Shown: piece after piece, positions 26,663-36,593 of the stretch
How the letters are laid out: each line of letters starts with the position of its first letter
How positions within the stretch are numbered: position 1 is the first letter of the stretch
IMG/VR virus record: IMGVR_UViG_3300031673_000079
Location: 1 to 50,014 of that record
Direction: 5' to 3' (one strand)
Length of the DNA stretch: 50,014 nt
Origin: a virus
Made by a program: the position numbers and the translations under genes
The notes under the pieces: generated by a model
The model's database searches: none
What the model was told of the DNA's origin: nothing
Seen by the model: the letters and a program-made list of their open reading frames with translations, nothing else

Positions 26663-27894
26663 AAACTATTCCTGTTTCTGGTATGGTTATTACTGACAAA
26701 GACAAGGAGACTATGATATATGCAATATCATCTGGAGAAATATCTTATGGCTCGTATAATAGATTGGCAAGCGACAGATTAGCAACTTATGATAAACTAA
26801 ATTTTTGCCATCTTGTTAATTCAGGTAGTTCCGCAAACTTACTCGCTATGATGGCTTTCACATCTAAGAATATGCCTAAAGAGTACCGCGTAAAAAAAGG
26901 GGACGAGATAATTACTGTAGCTGCTTCGTTTCCTACTACTGTAGCACCTATTATTCAAGCGGGGTGTGTTCCTGTATTTGTAGATATAGATGATAGTTAC
27001 AATATTGATGTAGGGCAAATATATAAGGCAATAACACCAAAAACTAAAGGTATATTTATAGCTCATACTCTCGGTATCCCTTTTGATGTGGTAGAGATAG
27101 AAAATATATGCCGCAAATTAGGATTATTCTTAATAGCCGATAACTGTGACTCTTTAGGAACAACATGCAATAATAAGCCTATAAGTGTATGGGGAGATGT
27201 AATAACTCACTCCTTTTATCCCGCGCATCACATAACGAGCGGTGAAGGCGGTGCTGTGCTAACCAATAATATTAGGATAGCCAAAATAATACAATCTATG
27301 CGTGATTGGGGAAGAGACTGCCAATGTGAACCAGGACACGATAACTACTGTGGGCATAGGTTCGAGGGACAATACGGAGAACTCCCAGCTAACTATGATC
27401 ATAAATATGTCTATAGTGAACTGGGGTATAATTTAAAAATGACTAATATCCAAGCGGCTCTTTTATATTCACAGTTAGATAATATAGTTGAATGGACAGA
27501 AATACGAAAAAGTAATTTTGCTATTCTTGATGAGTATTTACATGAATATTCTTTTCCTTACATACTAAAAGATGGCATTTATACAGACTACTCACCTAGT
27601 TATAAAGGAATTCCTTCGTGGTTTGGCTATCCTATTTGTCTTCCTACTAGAATGAACAGATCAAGAGTGATAGAAGAGCTCAACAAACAAGGAGTACAGA
27701 CGCGCCTCTTATTTGCGGGGAACATACTGAAACAGCCTATGTGGCGCTATAAGCATAGAACTATAGGCGATCTTCCCATGACAAATAGAATTATGGAACA
27801 AATGTTTTGGATAGGATGCTGGCATGGGCTTAGTGAGGAAGATATGCTGTACTCTCGGGACGTTGTTTTTAACGCAATAAAGGAGGAGGAATGA
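26659..27894 (+). CDS. rfbH: RfbH/DdhC-like NDP-4-keto-6-deoxyhexose 3-dehydrase (DegT fold)
   Basis: VNSGSSANLLA; SFYPAHHITSGEGG with His at the Schiff-base Lys position; Cys-rich RDWGRDCQCEPGHDNYC; YDHKY.YS..GYNLK. Confidence 0.9.
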   Translation: MKTIPVSGMVITDKDKETMIYAISSGEISYGSYNRLASDRLATYDKLNFCHLVNSGSSANLLAMMAFTSKNMPKEYRVKKGDEIITVAASFPTTVAPIIQAGCVPVFVDIDDSYNIDVGQIYKAITPKTKGIFIAHTLGIPFDVVEIENICRKLGLFLIADNCDSLGTTCNNKPISVWGDVITHSFYPAHHITSGEGGAVLTNNIRIAKIIQSMRDWGRDCQCEPGHDNYCGHRFEGQYGELPANYDHKYVYSELGYNLKMTNIQAALLYSQLDNIVEWTEIRKSNFAILDEYLHEYSFPYILKDGIYTDYSPSYKGIPSWFGYPICLPTRMNRSRVIEELNKQGVQTRLLFAGNILKQPMWRYKHRTIGDLPMTNRIMEQMFWIGCWHGLSEEDMLYSRDVVFNAIKEEE

Positions 27895-28607
27895 AAATAC
27901 TCATACTCGGAGGCTCTGGTGTATTAGGACAAGCTATAAGAAATAGGCTAACAGAATTGCTCATCGTACATATAGCGCCTTCGCATGAAGAGCTAGACGT
28001 TACAAGTGACAATATTTATATAAGTAGCACATACGATGCTATACTGTATTTAGCCGGAATGAAGAACCAAGAATATATAGAAAGTCATGGTCAAGAAGCG
28101 ATGTGGCCTAATATATTCGGACTTATAAATGTTGTGTCTAATATGCATGAGAATCAAAAATTGGTGTATATTTCTACGGGATACGTATATAAAGATGATA
28201 AGAGCTATCACAAAGAAACAGATGGACTATACCCATGCAATAGATACGCATGGTCTAAATTAGGAGGAGAATGCGTAGTTAATATGCTTCCTGAAGAACG
28301 ACATTTAATAATTCGATGCGAGTTTTCTAAGAAACCATGGCACAGAGAAACAGCGTACAACAATCAATTCACTTCACGAGAAGAAGTTACTACCACGGCT
28401 AAGAAAATAGTGGACCTAATTTCAAAGAAAGCTTATGGTACATATAATGTGGGAGGAAAGAGACACTCTATTTGGGAATACGCAAACAGTATTAGTGACA
28501 AAGAAATAGAAGAAGTGCAATTGTACCATGATGAAAATCCTTTATTACCAAGAGATACATCACTAAATACTGATAAGTATACTACGTTTATGAAGGAACA
28601 TAAATGA
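27891..28607 (+). CDS. RmlD-like NAD(P)-dependent sugar reductase (SDR)
   Basis: GGSGVLG, YISTGYVY and YAWSK. Confidence 0.85.
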   Translation: MKILILGGSGVLGQAIRNRLTELLIVHIAPSHEELDVTSDNIYISSTYDAILYLAGMKNQEYIESHGQEAMWPNIFGLINVVSNMHENQKLVYISTGYVYKDDKSYHKETDGLYPCNRYAWSKLGGECVVNMLPEERHLIIRCEFSKKPWHRETAYNNQFTSREEVTTTAKKIVDLISKKAYGTYNVGGKRHSIWEYANSISDKEIEEVQLYHDENPLLPRDTSLNTDKYTTFMKEHK

Positions 28608-29287
28608 TTGATTGTTATATCCCTTTGCGAACGGACCCTGGTTTACTGCAACAGGCTATTGCATCAATGTATGATCAGGTAGACAACTTTATAGTAATAA
28701 ATAATACACAACAAGACCTAACTTCATTGTTTAAGTATGTACCAAAGGTAGAGTTTCTAAATCCGTTCGACCCCATGTGTTTTGAGCAATCCATAAATAC
28801 GGCAGTTAAGCACTCCTATGGTTATAAGAAAAATCATGACTACTTATTCTGGTGTCATAATGATATTATTGTACAAGCAGGGGCCGTAGAAGCATTATTC
28901 AAAAAATATGAAGAAGTTAAGCATACAAAATGGGGTGTGATCTACGGTAACTATGACACGTTCTGCCTTATCAATCCTAACTTCTTTATAAAGGAGAATA
29001 TATGGGGAGAAGTTAACTTATTTCCTAACTATTTTGGGGATAATCATCGTTATCGTCTTATGGATTTACGTGGTTATTCACGATTGGACGCGGAAGGAGT
29101 AAAAGATTTAGTGTTTCATATCGGTAGTCAGACTATTATGCGCCATCCTTATTTCAAAACTATCAATAACTTGACATTCGCACTAGAGCAACAATTATAT
29201 ATAAATATTTGGGGAGGGTTATCCCCAAATGAGTTAAACGCCGATCCTACTTGCGGCGGTCTTTACCCTATTACGGAGGAAAAATGA
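28604..29287 (+). CDS. Glycosyltransferase, GT-A/GT2-like
   Basis: IVINNT, WCHNDI, F..YF.D...YR and VFHIGSQT. Confidence 0.75.
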   Translation: MIDCYIPLRTDPGLLQQAIASMYDQVDNFIVINNTQQDLTSLFKYVPKVEFLNPFDPMCFEQSINTAVKHSYGYKKNHDYLFWCHNDIIVQAGAVEALFKKYEEVKHTKWGVIYGNYDTFCLINPNFFIKENIWGEVNLFPNYFGDNHRYRLMDLRGYSRLDAEGVKDLVFHIGSQTIMRHPYFKTINNLTFALEQQLYINIWGGLSPNELNADPTCGGLYPITEEK

Positions 29288-30654
29288 GCGATACTTTTGC
29301 CGATCCTGCTGAGAAATATAACTATGATGAAGAGACCGGTACCTATATGAGAAAGAAGCCTGAGCCTATTAAGAAATTAAATGTTTTATACTGGGGTGAT
29401 ACTCCTACTTGCTCTACAGGATTTGGTCAAGTGGCTCGCAACGTTCTTCAATCGCTTAATGCTACAGGAAATTATGACTTTAACATTCTTGGCATTAACC
29501 ATGGGGGGGATTACTATGACTTCAATAAGTTCCCTTATAAGATTGACCCTGCGACATGCCTTCTAAGTAACGATACCGACTTACACGGGAGACCTAAACT
29601 CCTGCGAAAATTGAGAACAGAACGAGTAGACATCCTATTTATCATACAGGATACCTTCTTAATGATGAGCGTCATGGATGATATCATCAAAATTCGCAAG
29701 GAACTTCCTCTAGATAGGCAGTTCGTTATTATTTATTACTTTCCTATCGATGGAAACCCACAGCCTGATTGGATTACTAAAGGGGTGCTTCCTGTAGATT
29801 TTCCTGTTACGTATACTCAGTATGCTAAACAAGTTTGTTATAAAACAAGTAATCAGATGTTCCCTCTTGATGTTATATATCATGGAGTTAACAAACAAGA
29901 GTTTTTCCCACTCAATGATGAGACTATTAAGGAGTTTAGAAAAAAGGTATTTGGTGTTCATGCGGATAAATTTCTTGTACTGAATGTAAATAGAAACCAA
30001 CAAAGAAAAGACTTGCATCGTTCTTTAGCCGCGTATTCCATTTTCCATAAGAAGCACGCCGATTCATTTTATTTTATTAACTGTCAGATGGAGGATATTG
30101 GAGGTAGACTCGATATAATAGGTAGTCAGTACGGGCTTAAAATGCCGGACCCAAAGAATAATATTGAAGGAGACTGGACATGTCCTGCTCCCGGAACATT
30201 TAGCGCAGCGCAAGGTTATTCTATAGATGTTCTCAACTCTTTATATAATGCGGCTGATCTTGTTATCTCTTCTACCCTTGGTGAAGGATGGGGTCTATCC
30301 TGTACAGAAGCTATGCAATGTAAGACCCCTGTACTCTTTCCAAGAAATACGTCACTCATCGAAATGATAGGACCTAGTGAAGAAAGAGGCTTTTTATGTA
30401 AGTCAGGAGAAGATAGAGACCACATGATTTGTTTAGGAGGAATAGATAACAATGTCATTCGTCCTGTAATAAATGTTCAAGATATGGCAGATAAAATAAG
30501 CTATATTTATGAGCATCCTGAAGAGGCTAAGAATAAAGCCAATGAGGCGTTTGCATGGGTGGAGTCATGGTACGATATTTCTCCTAAATGGTTCGACGTG
30601 TTCAAGCGTGCAGAAAGCAAATTAAAGGAGATGCGCGGTGCAGTACAAGAGTGA
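29284..30654 (+). CDS. Glycosyltransferase, GT-B/GT4
   Basis: GD.P...TGFG.V, VIYHGV, NRNQ.RK and YNAAD......GEGWGL...EAM. Confidence 0.9.
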   Translation: MSDTFADPAEKYNYDEETGTYMRKKPEPIKKLNVLYWGDTPTCSTGFGQVARNVLQSLNATGNYDFNILGINHGGDYYDFNKFPYKIDPATCLLSNDTDLHGRPKLLRKLRTERVDILFIIQDTFLMMSVMDDIIKIRKELPLDRQFVIIYYFPIDGNPQPDWITKGVLPVDFPVTYTQYAKQVCYKTSNQMFPLDVIYHGVNKQEFFPLNDETIKEFRKKVFGVHADKFLVLNVNRNQQRKDLHRSLAAYSIFHKKHADSFYFINCQMEDIGGRLDIIGSQYGLKMPDPKNNIEGDWTCPAPGTFSAAQGYSIDVLNSLYNAADLVISSTLGEGWGLSCTEAMQCKTPVLFPRNTSLIEMIGPSEERGFLCKSGEDRDHMICLGGIDNNVIRPVINVQDMADKISYIYEHPEEAKNKANEAFAWVESWYDISPKWFDVFKRAESKLKEMRGAVQE

Positions 30655-31024
30655 GGCCAGATTCAGAAATCAACTCGTCAATGAGATGCGCCAAGAAGGC
30701 TTCAAAGTAACCATTATAGAAACAGGAGGCATTTCCAGAGGAGTACCAGATTTATTTTTTGCGGGTAAGGGAAAATTTGGTTGGATAGAGCTAAAAAATA
30801 TACAAGGAGAACTTCCTGAAATAATCAATATTGATTATAGACCAGGACAGTATCAATGGCTTATGGATTATACGAAAGAAGGGTTAGACGTGTATCTTGG
30901 TATTAGTTGTGAACTAGGAATATACATATATAAAAACAATTTAATACAAAAGATGTACACGTATTATGATATGACACAGTATCCGCATCGCACTAAGATG
31001 AAGGATATAGGGTCTCTCCTATAA
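30638..31024 (+). CDS. VRR-NUC-like nuclease / Holliday junction resolvase
   Basis: E..F...IET....GVPDL.......WIELK...RPGQ..W. Confidence 0.8.
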   Translation: MQYKSEARFRNQLVNEMRQEGFKVTIIETGGISRGVPDLFFAGKGKFGWIELKNIQGELPEIINIDYRPGQYQWLMDYTKEGLDVYLGISCELGIYIYKNNLIQKMYTYYDMTQYPHRTKMKDIGSLL

Positions 31025-31026
31025 AT

Positions 31027-31058
31027 AAAAAGGCCCCCTTAACGGGGGCCAAATTTTT
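31027..31058. terminator. Terminator between the convergent arms
   Basis: AAAAA-GGCCCCC-ttaac-GGGGGCC-aaaTTTTT. Confidence 0.75.
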
Positions 31059-31085
31059 ACATAGAACGGGGGAGGCTACCCGTTC

Positions 31086-31685
31086 TTAATTCCACCATTT
31101 ATAATGTCGCCCTATCTCATAACTTCCTAAACCTACAACACCTATAGCAAAAACAATTGCTACACCGCGAGTTATACCAACTTGTAGTTCAAGGAGTTTG
31201 GCTTGCTTTTGTGCTTGGATGATAGCTTGCGTAGAGTCTTGCAAATCCATCTGTGATTGCTTTAATTGTTTTGCCAATGTCTCCGCCTGAGTTTGTAATG
31301 TTACTTGCGATTGCATCAATTGCAGATTGTTGCTGACTAATTTGGAGTTGCTGTCCTGTAAGGATTTGTTTTTGATCGTTAATTGTGTGTTGCTGTCCAT
31401 CAATGATTTGTTGTTGACCATCAATAGTTGATTGCTGTTCTGTAATGACAGATTGGTTGCGCTCAATAACGACGTTTCGCTGTTCAACTTCGCTATAAAG
31501 TTGTCGTATTGTGAGGATAGCTGCTGTGTTGTCTGTAGCAAGCTTTGCCAAAGAGCTTCTTGCGACGCTAAGTTCTGCGTCGAGCTTTGCGCCTGAATTG
31601 TGCGAAATCCAAAGAGTAACAACACCACAGATAATAGTACCTGCGATAAACGATATGATATACGGAAGATATTTCTTTCCCACAT
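31086..31685 (-). CDS. Overlapping coiled-coil lysis-module protein (spanin-like; start uncertain)
   Basis: Signal-like N-terminus, heptad Gln/Leu repeats, hydrophobic C-terminus; overlaps 31189-31683 in another frame. Confidence 0.55.
   Translation of the reverse strand: MWERNIFRISYRLSQVLLSVVLLLFGFRTIQAQSSTQNLASQEALWQSLLQTTQQLSSQYDNFIAKLNSETSLLSATNLSLQNSNQLLMVNNKSLMDSNTQLTIKNKSLQDSNSKLVSNNLQLMQSQVTLQTQAETLAKQLKQSQMDLQDSTQAIIQAQKQAKLLELQVGITRGVAIVFAIGVVGLGSYEIGRHYKWWN
31189..31683 (-). CDS. Rz-like i-spanin candidate
   Basis: N-terminal TM plus coiled coil; RBS AAGGAGAGG; follows the holin. Confidence 0.6.
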   Translation of the reverse strand: MGKKYLPYIISFIAGTIICGVVTLWISHNSGAKLDAELSVARSSLAKLATDNTAAILTIRQLYSEVEQRNVVIERNQSVITEQQSTIDGQQQIIDGQQHTINDQKQILTGQQLQISQQQSAIDAIASNITNSGGDIGKTIKAITDGFARLYASYHPSTKASQTP

Positions 31686-31694
31686 TGCCTCTCC

Positions 31695-31916
31695 TTATAC
31701 ATTAGGGGGTAAGCGACGCGAATCATTAAAGCTATCGGCTATCGCCGTTCCACCTACTAGAGTAGTGCCAAGACCGCCTATGTAGATAGCCCCATTGAGA
31801 TCATGTTTCCAGACAAGATATACTATACTGAAAATGACGACAGGTATACCAAGAATAAGTTTAGGTTCCGGTCTACCTAAAGTATCGGTAAAACACTCTT
31901 TAATAAACTTTTTCAT
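31695..31916 (-). CDS. Holin-like protein
   Basis: 73 aa with two hydrophobic segments, next to the putative endolysin. Confidence 0.6.
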   Translation of the reverse strand: MKKFIKECFTDTLGRPEPKLILGIPVVIFSIVYLVWKHDLNGAIYIGGLGTTLVGGTAIADSFNDSRRLPPNV

Positions 31917-31922
31917 TTCATT

Positions 31923-32459
31923 TCATTTCATTTCAAGATGAACAGGAATAAGGTCTCCCGGTTTAACCGTATACTGATCAAAAAATGAACCAAGATTGAC
32001 TAGCGCGTAATCAGGAATAACAATACATCCCGCAGACCATGCTACTGAAGTATCATGTCCTTGAGGGGCAGGCTTCAGATGTTGCCAATCATGCCACTCC
32101 CAACGGCTAGAGTTATTAGAAGTAATGGACTCGTCATTTATGTAATCTCCATTAAACGTGTAAGCTTTTACGGAACCGTGTATTCTACCATAATGAGAAG
32201 TAGAATAAAGTTGATCATAAAAAGCACGAAGAAAAAAATCTCCACAAGCTATGGTATCATAAAAATGAACACCTGGATCAAGAGACTCCATGTTCGCCAC
32301 AGTCTGCGCTTTGCATTGTAGTAGAGTTTCATTATCGTTAAGAAGAGTGAGAACATCGAGAGAATTATTGACACTTTGATTCCCCCAATCTCCGAGTATC
32401 GACATATCTTTACGGTATACAAGAGATAAAGGATCACGAACAAGAGTAATAGATAGCAT
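31923..32459 (-). CDS. Putative endolysin, L,D-transpeptidase/DUF5675-like fold
   Basis: RBS AGGAGG before MLSITLVR; H...WSAGCIV motif; position in the lysis cassette. Confidence 0.55.
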   Translation of the reverse strand: MLSITLVRDPLSLVYRKDMSILGDWGNQSVNNSLDVLTLLNDNETLLQCKAQTVANMESLDPGVHFYDTIACGDFFLRAFYDQLYSTSHYGRIHGSVKAYTFNGDYINDESITSNNSSRWEWHDWQHLKPAPQGHDTSVAWSAGCIVIPDYALVNLGSFFDQYTVKPGDLIPVHLEMK

Positions 32460-32467
32460 GGTACCTC

Positions 32468-32764
32468 CTAATGAATAAGGATGGAAAAGCCGATAGCCAA
32501 AATAGGCCCGATGAACGTCATTGCAATAAGCATCCAATCACGTTGAGATATTCTACGTCTGTCATTTTTTTTCTCGTCTTCTTCTATAAAGTCTTCATGC
32601 TGTGTACGAGTCCATAAATTAGGTAACGCTATTTTAATTTGCACCACATCCTCTTCAAGACATGAAAACTTTGTTATAAGGCCAGAACCATTGGTTCCTT
32701 CGAGGATCGTCCATATACGAACGAGTAGATCATGATCGGTGGTAGGCGGTTCTCGAATATCCAT
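32468..32764 (-). CDS. Small membrane protein with C-terminal TM (lysis module)
   Basis: 98 aa, coiled segment followed by a TM helix. Confidence 0.65.
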   Translation of the reverse strand: MDIREPPTTDHDLLVRIWTILEGTNGSGLITKFSCLEEDVVQIKIALPNLWTRTQHEDFIEEDEKKNDRRRISQRDWMLIAMTFIGPILAIGFSILIH

Positions 32765-32766
32765 AA

Positions 32767-32913
32767 TTACTTTCCTTTCTTTTCGTCTTTTTCAGCTTCG
32801 CGCTTTTCGGAATAAGCAATAGCAATAGCTTGCTTAATGGGTTTTTCCGCACCCCGTTCTTTTGCGATATTCTCACTAAAAGATTTCTTTGAAGTTCCTT
32901 TGATTAACGGCAT
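32767..32913 (-). CDS. 48-aa basic phage protein (DUF6496-like)
   Basis: MPLIKGTSKKSFSENIAKE...KQAIAIAYSE; RBS AAGGAG; not in the ORF track. Confidence 0.75.
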   Translation of the reverse strand: MPLIKGTSKKSFSENIAKERGAEKPIKQAIAIAYSEKREAEKDEKKGK

Positions 32914-32923
32914 ACCACACTCC

Positions 32924-33964
32924 TTAATATTCTATTATAACACAGCCTGACCCACCAGCACCCCCACCAATTCCTCCCGCTCCACCCCCTCCTCCTCCTC
33001 CTATATTACCTGTACTCCCACCGCCTAAACCACCAGCACCCCCACCAGCTCCTCCCATACCCACAGCCCCATATACTCCTGCCCCTCCCGAGGCTCCTGC
33101 CCCTCCCGGGGCTCCTGCCCCTCCTAATACATTAGTACCACCACTATACAATGCCCCGTAGCCTCCTTGTGCCGATATACTACCGAATGTAGTAGTCCCC
33201 CCATTAGTTCCCGATCCACCACCCACTCCTCCTGCTCCACCTGCTCCAATGGAATAAGATACTATCTGTCCAGGCGTAACAGAAATATTTTTAGCAGTTA
33301 CCAAACTTATACTTGTTCCTCCTCCTCCACCACCACAGTAGATAACTGTGCTACCACTAGTTAAACCACTTCCTCCCCCACCTCCTCCCCCTACTACTGT
33401 AACTCTAAGCTGATACACACTATTAGGAACTGTCCAATTACCCGTTCCACTAAGGAGTGTCACTACTTGTCCCTGAAAAATATTAACTCCACCACTTATA
33501 GCGATTGTCCAATTAGAGCCTAACGCGGCATTAAGCGCTGTAGTCCAATTAGAGCCTAACGCGGCATTAAGCGCTGTAGTCCAATTAGAGCCTAACGCGG
33601 CATTAAGCGCTGTAGTCCAATTAGAGCCTAACGCGGCATTAAGCGCTGTAGTCCAGTTAGCTCCATACGCGGTTTTAAGATAGTAAAGATTAGCTAACGC
33701 CGTAGCAACTTGATTCGTCGCGCTTCCCGAAGGAGTAAGCCCGCCTGAAGTAACTATAGTATCAAGTTCCGCAATGACATTTGTCAAACCACTCTGAACT
33801 ATTGTAACATTGTCAGTCAGAGCGTACTCCATATAGTTATACCATTCACATGGAAGTTGCTCTTGGGGCTGATAGCCGATAGTTAAGTGTGCAGAATCGG
33901 GTTGAACTTTATTACCCGCCGTACAGAATACAGGTAAATTAGTATACGTAACTGAACCAGTCAT
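32924..33964 (-). CDS. Tail fibre with Gly-rich C-terminal domain
   Basis: GY.P.EQLP.EW.NY baseplate-anchor N-terminus; four 12-aa repeats; SG.W.VP......V.VVGGGGGGG...GSG.VIIEY. Confidence 0.8.
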   Translation of the reverse strand: MTGSVTYTNLPVFCTAGNKVQPDSAHLTIGYQPQEQLPCEWYNYMEYALTDNVTIVQSGLTNVIAELDTIVTSGGLTPSGSATNQVATALANLYYLKTAYGANWTTALNAALGSNWTTALNAALGSNWTTALNAALGSNWTTALNAALGSNWTIAISGGVNIFQGQVVTLLSGTGNWTVPNSVYQLRVTVVGGGGGGGSGLTSGSTVIYCGGGGGGTSISLVTAKNISVTPGQIVSYSIGAGGAGGVGGGSGTNGGTTTFGSISAQGGYGALYSGGTNVLGGAGAPGGAGASGGAGVYGAVGMGGAGGGAGGLGGGSTGNIGGGGGGGAGGIGGGAGGSGCVIIEY

Positions 33965-33973
33965 AATATCTCC

Positions 33974-34573
33974 TTAACCATTATAAAGTGCTACTTGCGG
34001 TTCAGTAGCAAATATAGCGAATAACTCGTTTCCTAAATATAGCTGTAGCGCTGATATGTAAGGATTAAAATCTACCTTTATATCTCCAACATTCCCACCA
34101 GAACCTATAATACTTATCGTATGTGGCCCTAATACAGAGCATACTTCGTCTACTGTCGCTAATGTAATACCTGCATTTTTGATTTGCGACGCTATAGGAA
34201 GAAGCTGTTCAAAAACTTGGTACCCTACATTAGAGCTGGCATAGTAAGTAGTGAGTAATCCACTTAATGTAGTACCAGAGATAACACTACCAAAACCTGA
34301 GTAGGTCACAAAATAGGGAGCACCGCTATATGTACAAAAAGTGAATAAGTTAACTCCTCCTACTAATGTCTGAGGAACGACGGGCCACAAGTAACCTACA
34401 AGTCTACCTATAGTTTGCAGAATTCCTGATATTCCTAGAGAATTTGTAATACTCAAATCATACATATACGAAATTTCACCCGAGGCGAGCGTTATTTCGT
34501 TCTGCACCGCGTTTATAAGGGCCTGAGCATAAGGTCCTGATAGAGGACTCGCTAAATAACTATTTTCTGCCAT
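33974..34573 (-). CDS. Baseplate wedge protein (gpI/DUF2612-like)
   Basis: L..IGRLVG motif; sits between the J-like gene and the fibre. Confidence 0.65.
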   Translation of the reverse strand: MAENSYLASPLSGPYAQALINAVQNEITLASGEISYMYDLSITNSLGISGILQTIGRLVGYLWPVVPQTLVGGVNLFTFCTYSGAPYFVTYSGFGSVISGTTLSGLLTTYYASSNVGYQVFEQLLPIASQIKNAGITLATVDEVCSVLGPHTISIIGSGGNVGDIKVDFNPYISALQLYLGNELFAIFATEPQVALYNG

Positions 34574-34574
34574 A

Positions 34575-35744
34575 TTATTGTAACACTATTGTCGTATACG
34601 CTTGTGTGAATACAGCGTATGAGTTTACAGGTATCGGAACAGATACCCCATAATTTGAACCGCTCATGGATAATAGAACACCGTTAATACTAGCAAATAC
34701 GTATGACTGCAACTGGGTCATCATAAAATCTGAGGTAAGAAGCTGACCCATCGTGACACTAATATTACTTAGAGCTGTATACAGTGCAACAGCATAAGAA
34801 CTATTAGCTATAGAATTAGCCTGAATAAATACTTGCACATACACATTCACGGGAGAGGCATAGTCATAGTTTATAGTGTACGTCTGATTCGATAGAGTAA
34901 CTATTGTTTGCGCCTGACCGCCGTATGTAGGAGCGTTCATAATACTCCAGTATGTAGAAGCTATAGCAGACGAGGAACCAACTACAACCATATATGCAGT
35001 GCGAGCAGGAAGATTTATAGCCCCTGAAATTCCTACTAAAGATGACGCCGTTAGAAGCGGGTTAAAATAGGCGTTAGCCCCTTGTATACCGGGGAGGCCA
35101 CGTAAAGCTAAAATGAGACCGTTAAGATTATTACTAATCGTGTTCCCTGCCAATATTCTAGCGCGAGCTTGTGCCGCAGTTTCTATAACACTACCAACGG
35201 AACAAGGCGCATTGTTTACAACTGATCCGAAGTTTGCAAGACTCTCCAATAAACCGCTTACCTGTCCTGAAACTACAATAATGGGACCTGTAGAATCCGC
35301 AACAGTAAACATCTGAGCGCTAGTATTAGCAGGAACGGTAATCGCAGATTGAGTGATAAATCTATTTGTAAGACCGCTAACTGCAACATGCGAACCAGAA
35401 GGAATAATAAGTGAACCCGTAGATGCGGCGGTAAATACCACATACATAGATGAATAAGAAGCTGGAATTAGAGACGTACCGGCAATAGGAAGAAGAGAAT
35501 ATATCTGATTATCATCACAATTGGCTATATCAAAACTGTTCTTAGCAGCTGATAAAGGTTGATCTACAAGTTCCGCTATTTCCTGCCCAGCGGCAAGACA
35601 GTAGAACCATAAAATATTTCCTGTAGTAGCGATTACAGGCGGCATGCCTTGTGACTGCAATTGAGTATTCATATTAGATAGAATATTAGTTGCATGTTGC
35701 TGAGTAGAAAGAACTTGCCATGTTGATCCGTTTAAGGTATACAT
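34575..35744 (-). CDS. Baseplate J-like protein
   Basis: IPSGS.V...F.T, A...GP, VNN.....G...ET....RAR and L..LPGI..A motifs. Confidence 0.85.
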   Translation of the reverse strand: MYTLNGSTWQVLSTQQHATNILSNMNTQLQSQGMPPVIATTGNILWFYCLAAGQEIAELVDQPLSAAKNSFDIANCDDNQIYSLLPIAGTSLIPASYSSMYVVFTAASTGSLIIPSGSHVAVSGLTNRFITQSAITVPANTSAQMFTVADSTGPIIVVSGQVSGLLESLANFGSVVNNAPCSVGSVIETAAQARARILAGNTISNNLNGLILALRGLPGIQGANAYFNPLLTASSLVGISGAINLPARTAYMVVVGSSSAIASTYWSIMNAPTYGGQAQTIVTLSNQTYTINYDYASPVNVYVQVFIQANSIANSSYAVALYTALSNISVTMGQLLTSDFMMTQLQSYVFASINGVLLSMSGSNYGVSVPIPVNSYAVFTQAYTTIVLQ

Positions 35745-36085
35745 TATCCGGTACTCCCTAAGGCTACTGTTACTGTTAATCGTCCTGAAGCCGTAACATA
35801 ATTAGGAACATAACCATTAGCGTTAGCGTTTCTTAATGCCTGTCTAATATTAGCGTCTAATTGTCCGAATCCAATTTGGCTAGTAAGAAATCCTGTCCAA
35901 TTAACACCTTGGTCAGGTAGTTGTGGTATTGTGCCGGTTTGCATGAACACCGCGATGTTAGCGTTCTGCTGATTGCCTAACGTTCCTGATATTACAGGCA
36001 CCTGTCCTGATACTACAACAAAGTCCCATGTGGGATAAGCTCCTCCGCTAGTGGTAGTAGAAGCCATTAATGCATCTGTAGCCAT
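35744..36085 (-). CDS. Baseplate wedge/sheath initiator (gp25/gp46-like)
   Basis: 113 aa; G.IP..PD.GV.W motif; directly upstream of J. Confidence 0.6.
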   Translation of the reverse strand: MATDALMASTTTSGGAYPTWDFVVVSGQVPVISGTLGNQQNANIAVFMQTGTIPQLPDQGVNWTGFLTSQIGFGQLDANIRQALRNANANGYVPNYVTASGRLTVTVALGSTG

Positions 36086-36086
36086 A

Positions 36087-36593
36087 TCACGTTCCTTGTA
36101 AGGTAGCTAGCTGAACTCGTAAAGATTGTTTCTCGGAAATAATCGTCTGTTTAGAAGCATTAGGAGTAAATCCAGTTATAGATGGTAGCATATCCTCAAC
36201 TATACGAGGAACCTGTAAATCTAATGAAACTAGTTGTGACTTTATACTACTTATTTGTTCAGCAACATTATTGGCATTAACCTCAGCTTGAGTCAGTCCT
36301 GTAATAGTAACGGGATTAGTAACGGTCTCATTAGTATAAGTAGAACTCATATCTACCATACCTAAATTATACCAAGAGGAATTATTCTGTGTGTATTTTC
36401 TAAGAACTGTAACATTATAATCCGTACCATCAAAAGTAATGGATTGAATATAGTCATCAGTAATTGTAGGAAATTGAACGGAAGTAGAATCAATTTGTTT
36501 ATATACCCCATTTATTTTTAGAGTAGTAGCATTGACTAGGACTATCTCTGTATCCTCAGTCACATTGTTAATTCCAATATATTTTAATTTCAT
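36087..36593 (-). CDS. Tail fibre assembly chaperone-like protein
   Basis: Follows a fibre gene; C-terminal I..IK.QL..LD...PR..ED...K..LR.QL. Confidence 0.6.
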   Translation of the reverse strand: MKLKYIGINNVTEDTEIVLVNATTLKINGVYKQIDSTSVQFPTITDDYIQSITFDGTDYNVTVLRKYTQNNSSWYNLGMVDMSSTYTNETVTNPVTITGLTQAEVNANNVAEQISSIKSQLVSLDLQVPRIVEDMLPSITGFTPNASKQTIISEKQSLRVQLATLQGT

